A stretch of 64,000 nt of DNA, from positions 1 to 64,000 of the forward strand of contig JAUGWO010000133.1 of the NCBI GenBank assembly GCA_049724395.1, written 5' to 3'. Shown here one piece after another: positions 11,919-23,627 of the stretch; positions within the stretch are counted from its first letter, which is position 1, and every line of letters starts with the position of its first letter. Below the pieces are notes generated by a model. The model ran no database searches. It worked only from the letters and a program-made list of their open reading frames with translations, and was not told the DNA's origin. This DNA comes from Spongospora subterranea f. sp. subterranea (Eukaryota). A program made the position numbers and the translations under genes.

Positions 11919-14849
11919 CTATCTGCTGAATTGAACCGGCGCGCGGCCATCTTCGCCACCATATGGATTCTCTTCGCTGAAACCGAGCCGAGAACGTTTT
12001 CGCGATTGCTTTCCGGATAGCGCAACCTTGAGCGGGACCTTTGGCGGAGCCGTGAAACCGAAAGATTTGGCGACCGCTTCCAAGTTCAACGAGTGCACGT
12101 CGAACACGTCCTTCATTGACGCCTGAAAGGGACATGATTCAGAGTCTATTACATTGAAAAATGTGCATTTCAAATATTCAAAAAATCATACCTGGGCATA
12201 GCCCTGGATGTAGGAACGGTAGGCTTCTCGAGCTGAACGATGAAGGTAATAAGTCTTCTCAATTAGGTTCTCAAGCTGCGACTGAACATTGGCGAGCTTG
12301 TTGGCGGGGAATTCGAACTCGCTCACTGGAATCTGCACGTACCCCATGGCTCAGATACAAAATGAAACCAAGAACAACATTGCACCAAGAGCACTAAAAA
12401 AGGTTCGCATTCCAAAAAATGTAAGAACGTATTCCGAAACTTGAAAGAAAAAAAAAGTCAGAGCCAACCTTGGCGTATTTTAAATGATGCAAGAAGCGGA
12501 TCTCTTGTGGCAGAAGAAACAGAAGCGCCTTGCCAGTTGCTCCGGCGACGCCGCGGGCGGTTCGGCCAACGCGATGGATATATTCCTTGGGGTCAGACGG
12601 CGGGTCAAACTGAACGATCCAGTCAACTGCTGGGATATCCAGACCCCGGGCGGCAACATCCGTGCATAGCAGAACACCTCGCTCAGCATTGACAAACTAT
12701 AGAAATGATTGTAAGATTGCCATCAGAATAAAGGAGACATTCGACTTTGGCAACAACCGAAAACAACCGAAAAGTCGTAAGCCAGAGTTAACAAAAACAT
12801 CTTGATTCATAAAGCGCAAAGTGACGAAAATTTACCTCAAAAAAAGTGGAGGTGCGTTTGCTTTGTTTCAGTTTTCCGTGCAATTCGATGACGGGCACAT
12901 CGATGTAATTAAGCAGCTCAGCGTAAAACTTCACAGACATGCAGGTCGAAAAAAACACGATCACTTTTTTCTTGGTGTTGCGCTTTAAGAATGTGTAGAG
13001 CAGCAAGAATCGTCGCTCAGAAGGGCACATGACGTACCCCTGCTCGAGACCTAAACGTAAGCAAGGCGTCAGAATCATCCACGTGGCAATAACGTCAGCC
13101 CTGGTACAATTCAATAAAGCTACGGAAAATCCGAAAACAGAACAACAAAGGAACGGTGCATTCAAACATAACTAAAAATATTGAATAGACCCCTAAACAG
13201 GCATTGATAAAATTTCGGAAGAAAGGGAATATTTTACCTTTGCGTGTGGCGGAATCCTTGTGGTCATCAACGCCGATGTAGACTGGGTTTTTCCTGGTCG
13301 AGACCCGTAAAATATCTTTGACCTGAATAAATTGTATTAGATAATTGGAAAAACATCATTGATAACCGATTACCTTCTGAGTTTGTGTGGCTGAAAACAG
13401 CATAGTCTGCCGTTCAGAGGGCAACAATTTTACAATCTCCCGTAGCTCCTGCTCGAAACCGATTTCAAGAATTCGGTCGGCCTAAATATATGTGAAAAAT
13501 TGCAACAATATGACAAACATATCGCTTCATACTTCATCGATAACGAGGCCAATGAGATTTTTGAAAACAAACCGCGTGTTTTGCAAATGGTCCAAAAGAC
13601 GTCCTGGAGTTGCTACGACCAGGTTTGACCCCCGTTTGAGCTTGTCCTCTTCGGCTTTACGAGAAGCACCTCCAATAACTATTGCATGCGTTTGCGAGTG
13701 ATATTTGCATACCTTGCGCACCTCACCATAGATCTGAAAAATTCAAACTAGCACCAGAAAGTTGTCAAATAATGTGAGAACTTACCTGAAGTGCGAGCTC
13801 GCGAGTTGGAGTAATCACGATGACGCCAGTGCCGTTACGTGGCTTAAACTCAGCCTTATGTAGGAGTTCGACTGACGGTAACAAGAACGCCATGGTCTTT
13901 CCGGAACCCGTCTTCGCCGCACCAAGAACATCATTTCCGGCAAGCAGCACTGGAATGCAACGTGCTTGAACCTGGAAAATAATAAATTTATATGGAAAAT
14001 CACGTGCATAAAAAAACACATGGCGTAAAAAACATCGACCGAGCTAGAAGAAACTTCCAACACGTAGCAGGCTCGCCAAATTTTAAGATGTCGTTAAGAC
14101 AATTAATAATAATGAGGTGTGCTCATACCTCAGTCATGCGGGTATACCCAATTTCTTTCAATGCGGAACGGGTTGCCTCAGACAGCACCAATGAGTCGAA
14201 TTCATAATTGAACGCGACAGTGGCGCTGTCGTTCGCTGGTGATGGGGATTCAATCATCTCCGGTACCTTGTTGTCCTCCATTTCTTCAGTCTCTAGCACT
14301 TTTTTCGGCCTTCCTCTTCTTGCTCGTCACCGTTACTGGTTCTACTTCAACCTCATCCTTGGCGCATTCGCTGGCGGTTTGGCCATTAACGACTGGAGTG
14401 ACATTTTCTGGTAACGCGACGGGTAACTTGCCGTTCTTGGCTTTTTTCTTCTTCGTTATCACAGAGGATTCCTGATTCGAGTCGTTTACAGAAGCGATCG
14501 CATTGGCAGTATTATTATTCACCAGCGGAGCGGTACCCTCAGGTTCTGACTCAGGCTGACTGATTCCAATGACTGTGGCCGTTTTCGTCTTTTTCGATTT
14601 CTTCTTTTTCAACGTAACGTCGAGGACGCTACGAACTGACACCTGATTGATGGTCTGCTCCCCGGTTGATGTCACCGGATCAACTGGGGTCGAGATCTGG
14701 CTGGTTGCGTTACGTTCAACAGCAATCTCCTCCTCATCTTCCACGAGTTCAACGCTGGGAACTACATAATCCAGGTCGGGAACAGACGCTGAGGTCTTGG
14801 CGCCCCGTTTGCCACGTCGAGCATTCTTCTTGGGTATATCGATCGCCAT
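11919..14849 (-). CDS. HAS1: DEAD-box RNA helicase HAS1/DDX18, multi-exon
   Basis: [94 protein letters not shown]; one A-run frameshift near 14300. Confidence 0.95.
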
Positions 14850-15562
14850 TGTCGTAGGAGGAAGAACCTCAGATGTATCGGGCCGCCTTCACCAGACGGA
14901 GAAACGATCCCCTACGGACCCCGCAAACTCCGTTACGGTGTTTGACCGAGTCAATTGAAATGTTCAACCATTCAAAGCGTCATGACCGTCCGAACAATGT
15001 CCATACGTTCTAACCGTTTTGAAACGGGTCCAGCATGAGCGATGGTGATTGTTTGGATAAATAAACTTGATGAGACTCGTAATGGCTTGACCGCTCCCCA
15101 TTACGAGTCTCGTTTGATTTTCGGACGGTGACGACACATGATCAGATACCTTTACAATAAAAGTTTATCAAGTACATTCGATCTCATCACATTCAAGCTC
15201 AGGTTGCCTGGATTGACGGACATGCCCAAGTCGCTGTCCATTTTGGAAAACGCAATGTTGATGCAATTATTAGATCAAAGCCCGCTGTGAAACTATGAAA
15301 AGCTGCCATCTGCAACATTTTGGAGCACATGCAAAAATATTACTGTTGACCAACAATGCACGAATAACGGAACTCACCGAATCCTGCACATACAATGCGA
15401 AGATGATTTTCGGTGATGGCTCAGCAGAATACACCATATGCGATTAGCCGGTCTGTTAGATAAGCTGAATTTGGAATTAATAATATACCTGGACGCTGAC
15501 GCTCTAATAGCCGAAAACAACCAGATGTATTTGAAGAATCACAAATCAATACAAGACTCAAA

Positions 15563-16482
15563 TCACCAAATTGACGTCCAAACTTTAGAAAATATGCTTT
15601 TCGCCCTGTTTTGGGATTCGATTTTTTTTCGTTCCAGTTGTCTTTGTCTGGCTAGCCTATTCGCTAAGCTGCTTTCCTCAAAAGAATCAGCATAAATACT
15701 AAGTGCATCCGGGCGAGCTTTAAACGACTGATGCTCCAGATATTGCGGTGCTGACGAGCCTCCACTGGCCTCGGCATTGGAAAACTTCTCTAGAATCTCT
15801 TCAGATTCAATATTTATTCTGCGAAGCGATTCCACCAGATGATAGCTGAGCGACTTCTTCACCGAGTAGACCGTTGCAATGTGTCTACGATTGATGGAAA
15901 CGCTCACGACGCCAGCAACTTGGAGGATTGCGCTTTTAACGGCTTCTTCATCATCCGAAGCACAATTCAATTGAAGCTTAACCGATTCCAAACTCTTTTT
16001 CTTGAATGATTGCACTCGCGTCTCATCGCTTTTGGCCAAATTCACCAAACTTGCGCTGCAAAAATGCGCCTGAAATGAGGATTAATAATTACGCGCTTCG
16101 GGCAAACAGAGATGAACATTACAAGGTTCTGATTAGAATGAGTGCACAGTTCAGTGAGGTTGGATACTAGTTGTTTCATTGATAACAGGAGTGTGCGATT
16201 CGAGGGATGTGATGAAAGAAAAAGTACAGTCTGTGCAGCCAGAAGCATTACAGAAAGATCATTACCAGCGGATAAAAAGTTAATTAACCCGCCAATGCAG
16301 CCCTGTTCCCGAGCAATATATAATTGGTTATCAGGCTCTGTTGCCAGCTGCCTCAGCTGGATATTCAAACAAAGTTAGAAAAACGCGAGGCATCAGCGTG
16401 GCAGGGGCACCTTCAGGGCAATAGCCTCTGGATGCAGCGGAGTAGCATCATGAGCTGGTGTGGAGCTATAGGTCGTGGACAT
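15563..16482 (-). CDS. ARMC1: ARMC1-like armadillo/HMA protein, about 3 exons
   Basis: LRQLATEPDNQLYIAREQGCIGGLINFL resembles the ARMC1 N-terminus; HMA-like VKSAILQVAGVVSVSI; amphipathic C-terminus. Confidence 0.75.
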
Positions 16483-17317
16483 GATGACTAGACTTGGGAG
16501 CTTCTCTCCAGCAACCGCAGAGTTAGACTGCACGACCCTCGACCTGGCCGCTGAGGCTCTGATTAGAATGGCCAGTTTTCAGATCCTATCGTGACAAGTG
16601 AATAAAATCGAGAGAGACGCGGGTTGCAGCCTTGGGCACTCCGGTCCACTGCAAAGTCAACAACGAGAGAAGGGGCAAGTGGGTTGCAGTTACTGCAACA
16701 TGGGCTCGTCGTCCAACTGCACCCAGTCAGCAAAAGAATGGTACCCCGCTTAGCTGACTTGAACCCGGAGGCCGCGTTGACAGTTGCCGGAGCCCCCGTG
16801 GTGATCGCGTCCCTCGGATGGTGCGCCCTGGTGACTGCTACAGAGGCCCCGCGCACAGTCAAACTGGGTCAACTGATCACTCAGCCAGCGACCTGAATGA
16901 TCCGACCGTCAATCGACATTGAGGTTTCATTGAAATCTCAAACGTGAGAACGCCTGAGGATTGTTTGACAAACACCCGCCGGGCAACACGTGATTGCCAG
17001 CATGCCTTTTAATGACTTCGACCGGCAAATTCGTACATTGAGGTCAAACAGACGGTTACGAATTGCGATCGAACCGTCGATCGTATTCATGGTGAACTGT
17101 CGGGCCGGCTAAGCATCTCGTCTGAAGCAGAACAAAACCGTTACAATGTGTTCACATCTACCGATTTCACTTTCCTCGCAATCTGGGTAAACCTGAAATC
17201 CGTTAGGCGACGACGGGGCATCGTTCAATGTTCCAGGTTCAGCGCGAGAACTCAGATTTGATCGCGCCCATCATTGGCCAGTTGACGGTATCGGGACGTT
17301 AAACCACTCAACCTTCA

Positions 17318-17384
17318 CAGCTTTAAATCTCCTGCCAAACGATTTGTCGGGCAGCTTTAAATCTCCTGCCAAACGATTTGTCGG
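17318..17384 (+). repeat. 33-bp direct tandem duplication
   Basis: cagctttaaatctcctgccaaacgatttgtcgg twice, separated by 1 bp. Confidence 0.9.
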
Positions 17385-18529
17385 TAAGTCTGAGTGTTTC
17401 ATATTCTTCTCTCTACCATCTTCATTTTACGAACGTCGTGCTTGTTGACAATGCCGTCTGTCGAAAATCAGTCAAAGAGTTACTGTGATAGATCTCCCTC
17501 GTATTACTTCTTTTATATGTTCCGAAACCAGTGCGTTTTGTGTCAGGACGCATCATCGCGTATCGTCTTGTCGTTAATAACTCATGGCGATATTCGTAAT
17601 TGATCCTTTGATATCGTTTTACTCAAGCAAAAGATATCCCACCCAGGGTGCAACTGCCTATGAGTTGGCTGTGTCATCCTGTAGGACAACACTGTAAACA
17701 AGCCTGTGTAAATAAATCAAAAGGCAGAAATTCCTCGCTCCGACGTAGTCAGAAAGTCGAGAAATAAAAGTACTTTGGTTCTTTTTAAACGTGCTCCAGA
17801 GACATGGCCTCCATACGCACTCCAAGGGGGGCTCTTCGCCTCAATTTTAGATCCGCATCGCATCAAATATGATGGTCTGATAGTCGCTAGCTATTCTATC
17901 AAAAAGGAATCCGTCTCATAGCAGGCATACCGTAGAATATAAGGGTGTGGAGATGCTAGCTAAATATTATGGGATTTCTTACACAACGTCGGACCTTGTA
18001 GAAACCGCAGGAATACTTCCCGATACTGGACCAAGGACCATGTCACAACCTACCTTCAACAACCTACCTTCAACGGGAGAATAAAGGCACGTTCCCAAAG
18101 ATGTCTGTCCGAGGGTAGTTGGTGTTGATTGGAAACGATTATATTGGTATGAAGATGAGTTTGATAGGCTTTACAAGGTTAGAACCGTGATTGAAGCTTG
18201 TATATTTGCTAATTTTTCTGGTATTCCTAGCGTTTTAGAACATGACAAATTCCCTTATAACCGTCCCTACCCTCTATGAAGGATACTGACGGATTGAAAG
18301 AGGGCAGTTCCTCCTGTTGTCTTTAATCATGGTGCAGCGGTCCTGCTCTTACGAGCGTAGCCTTGATCGCCCACAGATTAGCTTGGTGTCGAGTTCACGA
18401 ATGGAAAGGTAGGCCTGACTAACAACCCTAGATGACCTCAACATTCTTCCTACCCCTTCCTTGAGTTAACTGTTGCTGCGTGATATCACACATTCCTTTA
18501 ACCCTTTGTTATGGTTGAGATTCGGGCGC

Positions 18530-18790
18530 GTCGAGGCTACTGAGGTCGACTGCGCGCCAGCCATGGCCACGACGATATACCAAGACAATAAAAACGAACG
18601 ATTGCTCTGGCAAGTAGCACGATGACTTCACGACGTACCAAACATATTGACATTCGACATCATTTATACGTGAAAGGATAACAGGGGGTGACGTCAAGTT
18701 AGAGTACTATTGCCCAACTGATTGGATAACAGCCGATATATTGACGAAGGCACTTAATCCAACGGCGTTCATTCGCCTGCACAGTATAAT
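18530..18790 (+). mobile_element. Ty1/copia RNase H C-terminal relic
   Basis: TTIYQDNK...RRTKHIDIRHH...ADILTKAL, frameshifted. Confidence 0.85.
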
Positions 18791-18824
18791 TTCGAGTGTA
18801 AATATCTGCTGCGGCGATGAATCA

Positions 18825-19397
18825 CTAGTGAGATATCTGCAGCTGCCTCGATTCGCATGGATCTGCACCCTCCCAAATAACCTCATCAAGTCGAACGTGA
18901 AAGTCAAAGGACATTTTATCTGACTTTGCCGGAGGCGCGACATTGTCAAACACCAGTACATGATCATGACCTACCCAATAATGTGAGAATTGCGATGGTG
19001 CCACATTCTGAGCAAATGGATGCGAACCAATCTCGCGCGGAAAACAGTGAGTGTTGCCCTCCGAGTCTGTAAAGACCAGGTTGGAGGCCTGCGGCGACCA
19101 GGCCGACAACTGCACAATCACTGTATTGCGGATCGATTCCAACCCCTTTACGACGTAAAGTCGGTCTATATAAACGGTGTCTGTGCACCTCGACTTGTTC
19201 GGCGCACGTATCCCGTATCCCGAATGTAGGGCATCCGATTGCCACGCCGCCGCTTCTTGCCGCTGACACAATTCCGCGCCGCCTGTTGGATTGCGTTTGC
19301 GATCGGGTCTCAGACCGTGGTGTGGTTGTCCTACAACGTAACTGTCAGCGTCCGCTGCTCCAAGGATCGTGTTTGCTGCTCCAAGGATCGTGTGCAC
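18825..19397 (-). CDS. Hypothetical protein (190-aa ORF, non-ATG start, possibly degenerate)
   Basis: Long ORF only, with no recognised motif. Confidence 0.25.
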   Translation of the reverse strand: MHTILGAANTILGAADADSYVVGQPHHGLRPDRKRNPTGGAELCQRQEAAAWQSDALHSGYGIRAPNKSRCTDTVYIDRLYVVKGLESIRNTVIVQLSAWSPQASNLVFTDSEGNTHCFPREIGSHPFAQNVAPSQFSHYWVGHDHVLVFDNVAPPAKSDKMSFDFHVRLDEVIWEGADPCESRQLQISH

Positions 19398-19813
19398 AAT
19401 TTAGTGAACCACGATCCTTATAGCAGCGTACGGATCCAAAACACTTGTCAAGAAATAATTCTGCTCGTGAATAATGTAGAGTTTTCCTGTCGTGTGACGT
19501 AGATAGCTTCCTTCGACAATTACTCATCTTGTTTTCGCGCTTCGCCGCAATAGGCTTTTGCAATTAGGCCCAAAATTTCGCTTATTTCCAGCCGTCAACC
19601 GCATCGTGGTCATGACATTGCCAGAATCACACTGAAAAAACGGGTATATATCTGATAATACGTATTAGCGTCGTCTGCGTTGCAAATTCATCGACAATAC
19701 AGTAGAGATGCGCCCTCCTACCCTCGCATTAACTTGGAGTTTTGTTATGTCAGTTATTATACTATTGACCGCTGAAGCGGACCAAGAATAATCTCGTCTG
19801 CCAAGATCGAGAA

Positions 19814-20476
19814 ATGAGACGTCTGGGCCGTCGCCTGTCCACAGTAGTGTCGCCATCGGCCTGGATTGCACCCAGCGCCACTGTGGAAGGCTCTGTTCGA
19901 CTCGAAGCCCATTCCAGTGTTTGGTATAATACCGTTATCAGAGGTAAATGCACGAGATGCATCTTTCGAATGTCATTTGATTTTGTTTTACAACTTAAAT
20001 CATTTCATCAATGTTTCCATCTGTATTTTCATTTTGTTCTTTGTTTACAGGAAATGTGACAATCGGCTGTGATTCCAATGTGCAAGACGGGTCTGTCGTG
20101 GTCGGGGATGGCAATAAACCAACTGAGATCGGTAGTGGAGTCACGATCGGCCATGCCGCTCGACTTCATTCGTGCAAAATTGGCGACCGTTGTCTTGTTG
20201 GAATTGGGTCCATCATCACCAATGCCGAAATGCAGGCCGGTTCACAGCTTGGTGCCGGCGCCGTCCTTCAACCTGGAGCGCTTGTACAAACCGGACAGGT
20301 TATATTTCTTTGATCTGTTATCTCAGTTTCTTGATAAGATTCCAGATTTGGGCGGGTAAAATCCTGCGAAATATCATCGTGATTTGACTTCGGCAGAAAC
20401 GGCGTTTTTGGAGCAATCCGCTAAGATATACGTTCAAAATGCAGAAATGCACCGAGCAGAACTGGGGAATAAATAA
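19814..20476 (+). CDS. Gamma-carbonic anhydrase-like hexapeptide-repeat protein (probable mitochondrial complex I CA), 3 exons
   Basis: Presequence-like MRRLGRRLS; SVWYNTVIRG, SNVQDG, VTIGHAARLHSC, WAG(N)PAK; GT-AG introns ~19944-20050 and ~20299-20345. Confidence 0.88.
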
Positions 20477-20489
20477 TGCCAAATTTGCT

Positions 20490-21112
20490 ATGGTGCCCTT
20501 GAGGGAGCGCTTTCGGCCCAGAATAGCCGACGTAACGTTCCTTGGCGCTTAGCGCGAACTGCAATTACCGGATCCAAACCTTTGATTTCCACGCCTGTAC
20601 TACGGCGGGATCCGAGACGTTTTTTGGTTTCAGCGAATTCCTTATCTGATGAGTCGTCAGATGAAATATCCAGCGGGTTTGGATCATTCAGAAATTGCTC
20701 AAGCTTTTTCCGGCCGAGTTTAACGCTGTCAGGAATGCACTCATCGCCCTATTCAGGAAATTGAGAAGCGTCACTGATTATCTGATTTTGTCACTGACGA
20801 TTTTGTAGGATGTCCTCGGAATGTATTGAGATGGTTCAAAAAGTGCCAGTTCTCCATCGGTACAGGAAGATGATGGTTCCGAATCATCAAAAAGATGTTG
20901 AATCCGTCGTATATTCCTGCCGCAGTTCTAGTGCTGTAGGAGGCAGACAGCGACCTTTGCCGCGCAATGGGCGGAATCCTCTCAACGAGAGCTATATCAT
21001 CTTGAGTCTTTCCCGAATATGATGTCGATGGCTGTCGTAAGATAATGGATGTTGCGCGACGCCAGGTAATAGAATCGGCAATCTGTTCACTGGAGGACGC
21101 TTCATCGTTCAT
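20490..21112 (-). CDS. Hypothetical protein, spliced or frameshifted
   Basis: ATG ORF 20771-21112 plus a downstream coding-like frame (KKLEQFLNDPNPLDISSDD...LRRLFWAE). Confidence 0.4.
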
Positions 21113-21991
21113 AATTGCTCAACGCGTCGTCCGAATGTCGTCGTCAACCGTACTCGCCGATCACCAAAGCTGTAGCTTGTTTAAAACCTCTTTCAAGGAC
21201 TTCAAATACTATTTTGATGCGTTTTAGAGTGTTTCAGATAGACAAATGTGGAATTACCTGATATGTGATAATTTTGTGAAAGTATCAGATAAAATTTATT
21301 TTTCGTCATGAAGCTCACGGCCAAATGCTTGACGATCTACATTCGATCTACTATTGATGAAATAGGCTCTAGTCATTAGGCAATAACGACATTGACATTG
21401 TTACTGAAAGAAATGTCGATTACAAAAAAACTCATAGTACTAGTAAAATCGTCAACAAGCACCCTACATCGCTCAACTCTGACCGTTATGGCAATTGGTA
21501 TGATGGATGAAAAATGTGTCTATTGATGACGTTGAAGGTAAATGAACTGGATGCTTATACCAACGACACTTCATACGATAATTGGTATTCATAATGGATT
21601 GATCCTCCAGATTTCCATTGCATTTTGTAGTTAATTTCCCTATCTTAGTCATGATTGTGAAAAAATACAAATTGCTGTGAATACGGAGAGAGGGCGAGAC
21701 GAAGCCCAATCGTGTGCCACACTCATGAACGCTGAAGAACTACCCTGGAAAGGGCTCCAATTCACATTTATCAATCGCTCGGCTCAAGACTGGAATTGTT
21801 GTTGATAGGCAGAGTTATTTGTTGCAATCCAGTGCCAAAGCTCGAGTTTTCTCGAAAAGGTGGCCGTGTGGCTATGCACTGTGTTTGTTGCTTTTAGTCT
21901 TTGACCCCATGAGGCGATAACCCATTACATGAAGGACCTTTTATGTAATATAGTCACAAAGGCGAAGATTCATTTTGAGGATCAGGTGACG

Positions 21992-22800
21992 TCATTTAGA
22001 TCTTGCAACATGTTCGCTAGGGATTGTTGCGTGCTTTGTTAACCAATGAATCGTCTGCTCAATGTTATTTCTGAATGTAGGTGTCAATATCATGAAGTTG
22101 AAATTATTACCCAAATGAAAACCGATTCGACTGCAATTGTGTACAAAACCAAGGAGATTAAATGTCTAGTGTCATTTGTTTAGTACTGTAATACCTGTTT
22201 ACAGTGAGGGCATGTCTGACCAAATCAATTGACCTAAATCCCATCTCGTACAGCAACTGGACTTTCCCTGGATCAAACCTATCAATCTGGGCTGTATCCG
22301 CTGTAGTTGCTTCTACTTTATGAGCTGAGCATATCTGAAAAGGTACAAGTTGGTATGATCATGAGCCATCGTTAGCATTGCACTCACCTTTTTCTCCTGC
22401 TGTCGAGTTTGCTGCTCATTGACGGATACATGATGGCGACGGTGACTAAAGAATATGATGATAGTATCTCCTGACTTCACACCGAGATCGAAAAGATTCG
22501 CAGTGCCGACTTCACTCAATAGACGTCCTCTATGGACTAGCATCTGAGTGGACATTGAAATTGCATTCGGAAAACATATTAGTTTGATGATATATACAGA
22601 AAGCAGAAATGGGAAAGTAAACTCACTGCAGGTAAAGGACATTAGCGTGATATATATGATATCGTAAAAATTACCTGTCCAGGGATTGGTATCTGCCAGT
22701 GATCAGCAATCGCAGCCTTAAGTGCAAGTATTGTAGATTTTAATCGGCTCATGAGGACTTTGGTGCCAATACCAGTCAATGTCACCACCGAGATCTGCAT
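21992..22800 (-). CDS. Minimal UBL-UBA protein (166 aa, 4 exons)
   Basis: Exons 22800-22675, 22543-22388, 22334-22195 and 22070-21992 join in frame via GT-AG introns; MQISVVTLTG ubiquitin-like start; UBA motif LLYEMGF...HALTVNRNNIEQTIHWL. Confidence 0.85.
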
Positions 22801-23097
22801 CGCTGCGGCGATCGATTGGTGAATTATGCTGGCGAGGGTTACCAGACCTTTCAAGGAATGAAGTTCGTCAGCTGGAAACTCACGATACCACGTCTGTGAG
22901 TATCAATCATTGCACATCACTAAGTGGTGCACAATATCTCACTGGAGACTGGGTGAAGTGGATGTCCTATGACATGCAGTATAGCACAGCCGCATTTGCG
23001 TTGACTGAGCCCCCAATCAAACGCATCATAGATCATTACTGGTGTATCTCTGCTGTTTCGTTACGCGACTTTTGCGACTACTGTACCTGTACCAAAT

Positions 23098-23305
23098 CTA
23101 ACGATCGCATTAACTGTACCAAAATTCCTTTAGCGATCCTGACTTTTAATCTATCCTAAGCGCTGTTTATTTAGATCGAAGATAGATTAAAAGTCAGGAT
23201 CGCAAAAAGAATTTTTTGGTACTAACGATCGCATTAACTGTATCAACATTCCTTTAGCGATCCTGACTTTTAATCTATCTTCGATGTAAATAAACAGCGC
23301 TTAGG
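23098..23305. repeat. Direct/inverted/direct triplication of an ~85-bp unit
   Basis: Truncated forward copy, inverted copy, then full forward copy of ctaacgatcgcatt...aaacagcgcttagg. Confidence 0.85.
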
Positions 23306-23627
23306 TTCTCTGCGTCAAGCAACGCTTGCGGAACCTGCATACTACCGTATTACGTTTCAGGGTTGAGATACTGTTGCTCGTTTTATCACCTAACACCCAG
23401 TTACGTTCTGCGTATGGCAGATTTCTCACCGTGTTGACTGACGGTCCTTCAACTGGTAACAGTTGCCAAATATGTTACCAGTATCGTTTGTCAAATTTGT
23501 CTCTGCTGTGCTGTAAGAGCATCTCCACCGCGGACGTACAAATCACCCAAAATTTGGGTATTCTGGTAGAGTTTGGTGTATCCACGGCATTTTTGGTTGA
23601 AAAGGTGAAAATTGTTCTCCCACCGCT

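Noticed and set aside
14295..14310. Programmed ribosomal frameshift in HAS1
   Set aside because: A simple A-run indel. Similar homopolymer shifts elsewhere favour sequencing error.
16615..16896. SRP, RNase P/MRP or telomerase RNA assignment
   Set aside because: Diagnostic conserved motifs were not found on either strand; kept only as an unassigned candidate.
17640..18500. Group II intron/NUMT fragment (QGG-like peptide, ...CCTACCCT end)
   Set aside because: No domain V motif or convincing RT motifs could be read.
22801..22854. Signal peptide on the UBL-UBA protein (MKGLVTLASII...)
   Set aside because: The ORF-track start is TTG, with an in-frame stop upstream and no ATG. The ATG of MQISVVTLTG is the natural start.
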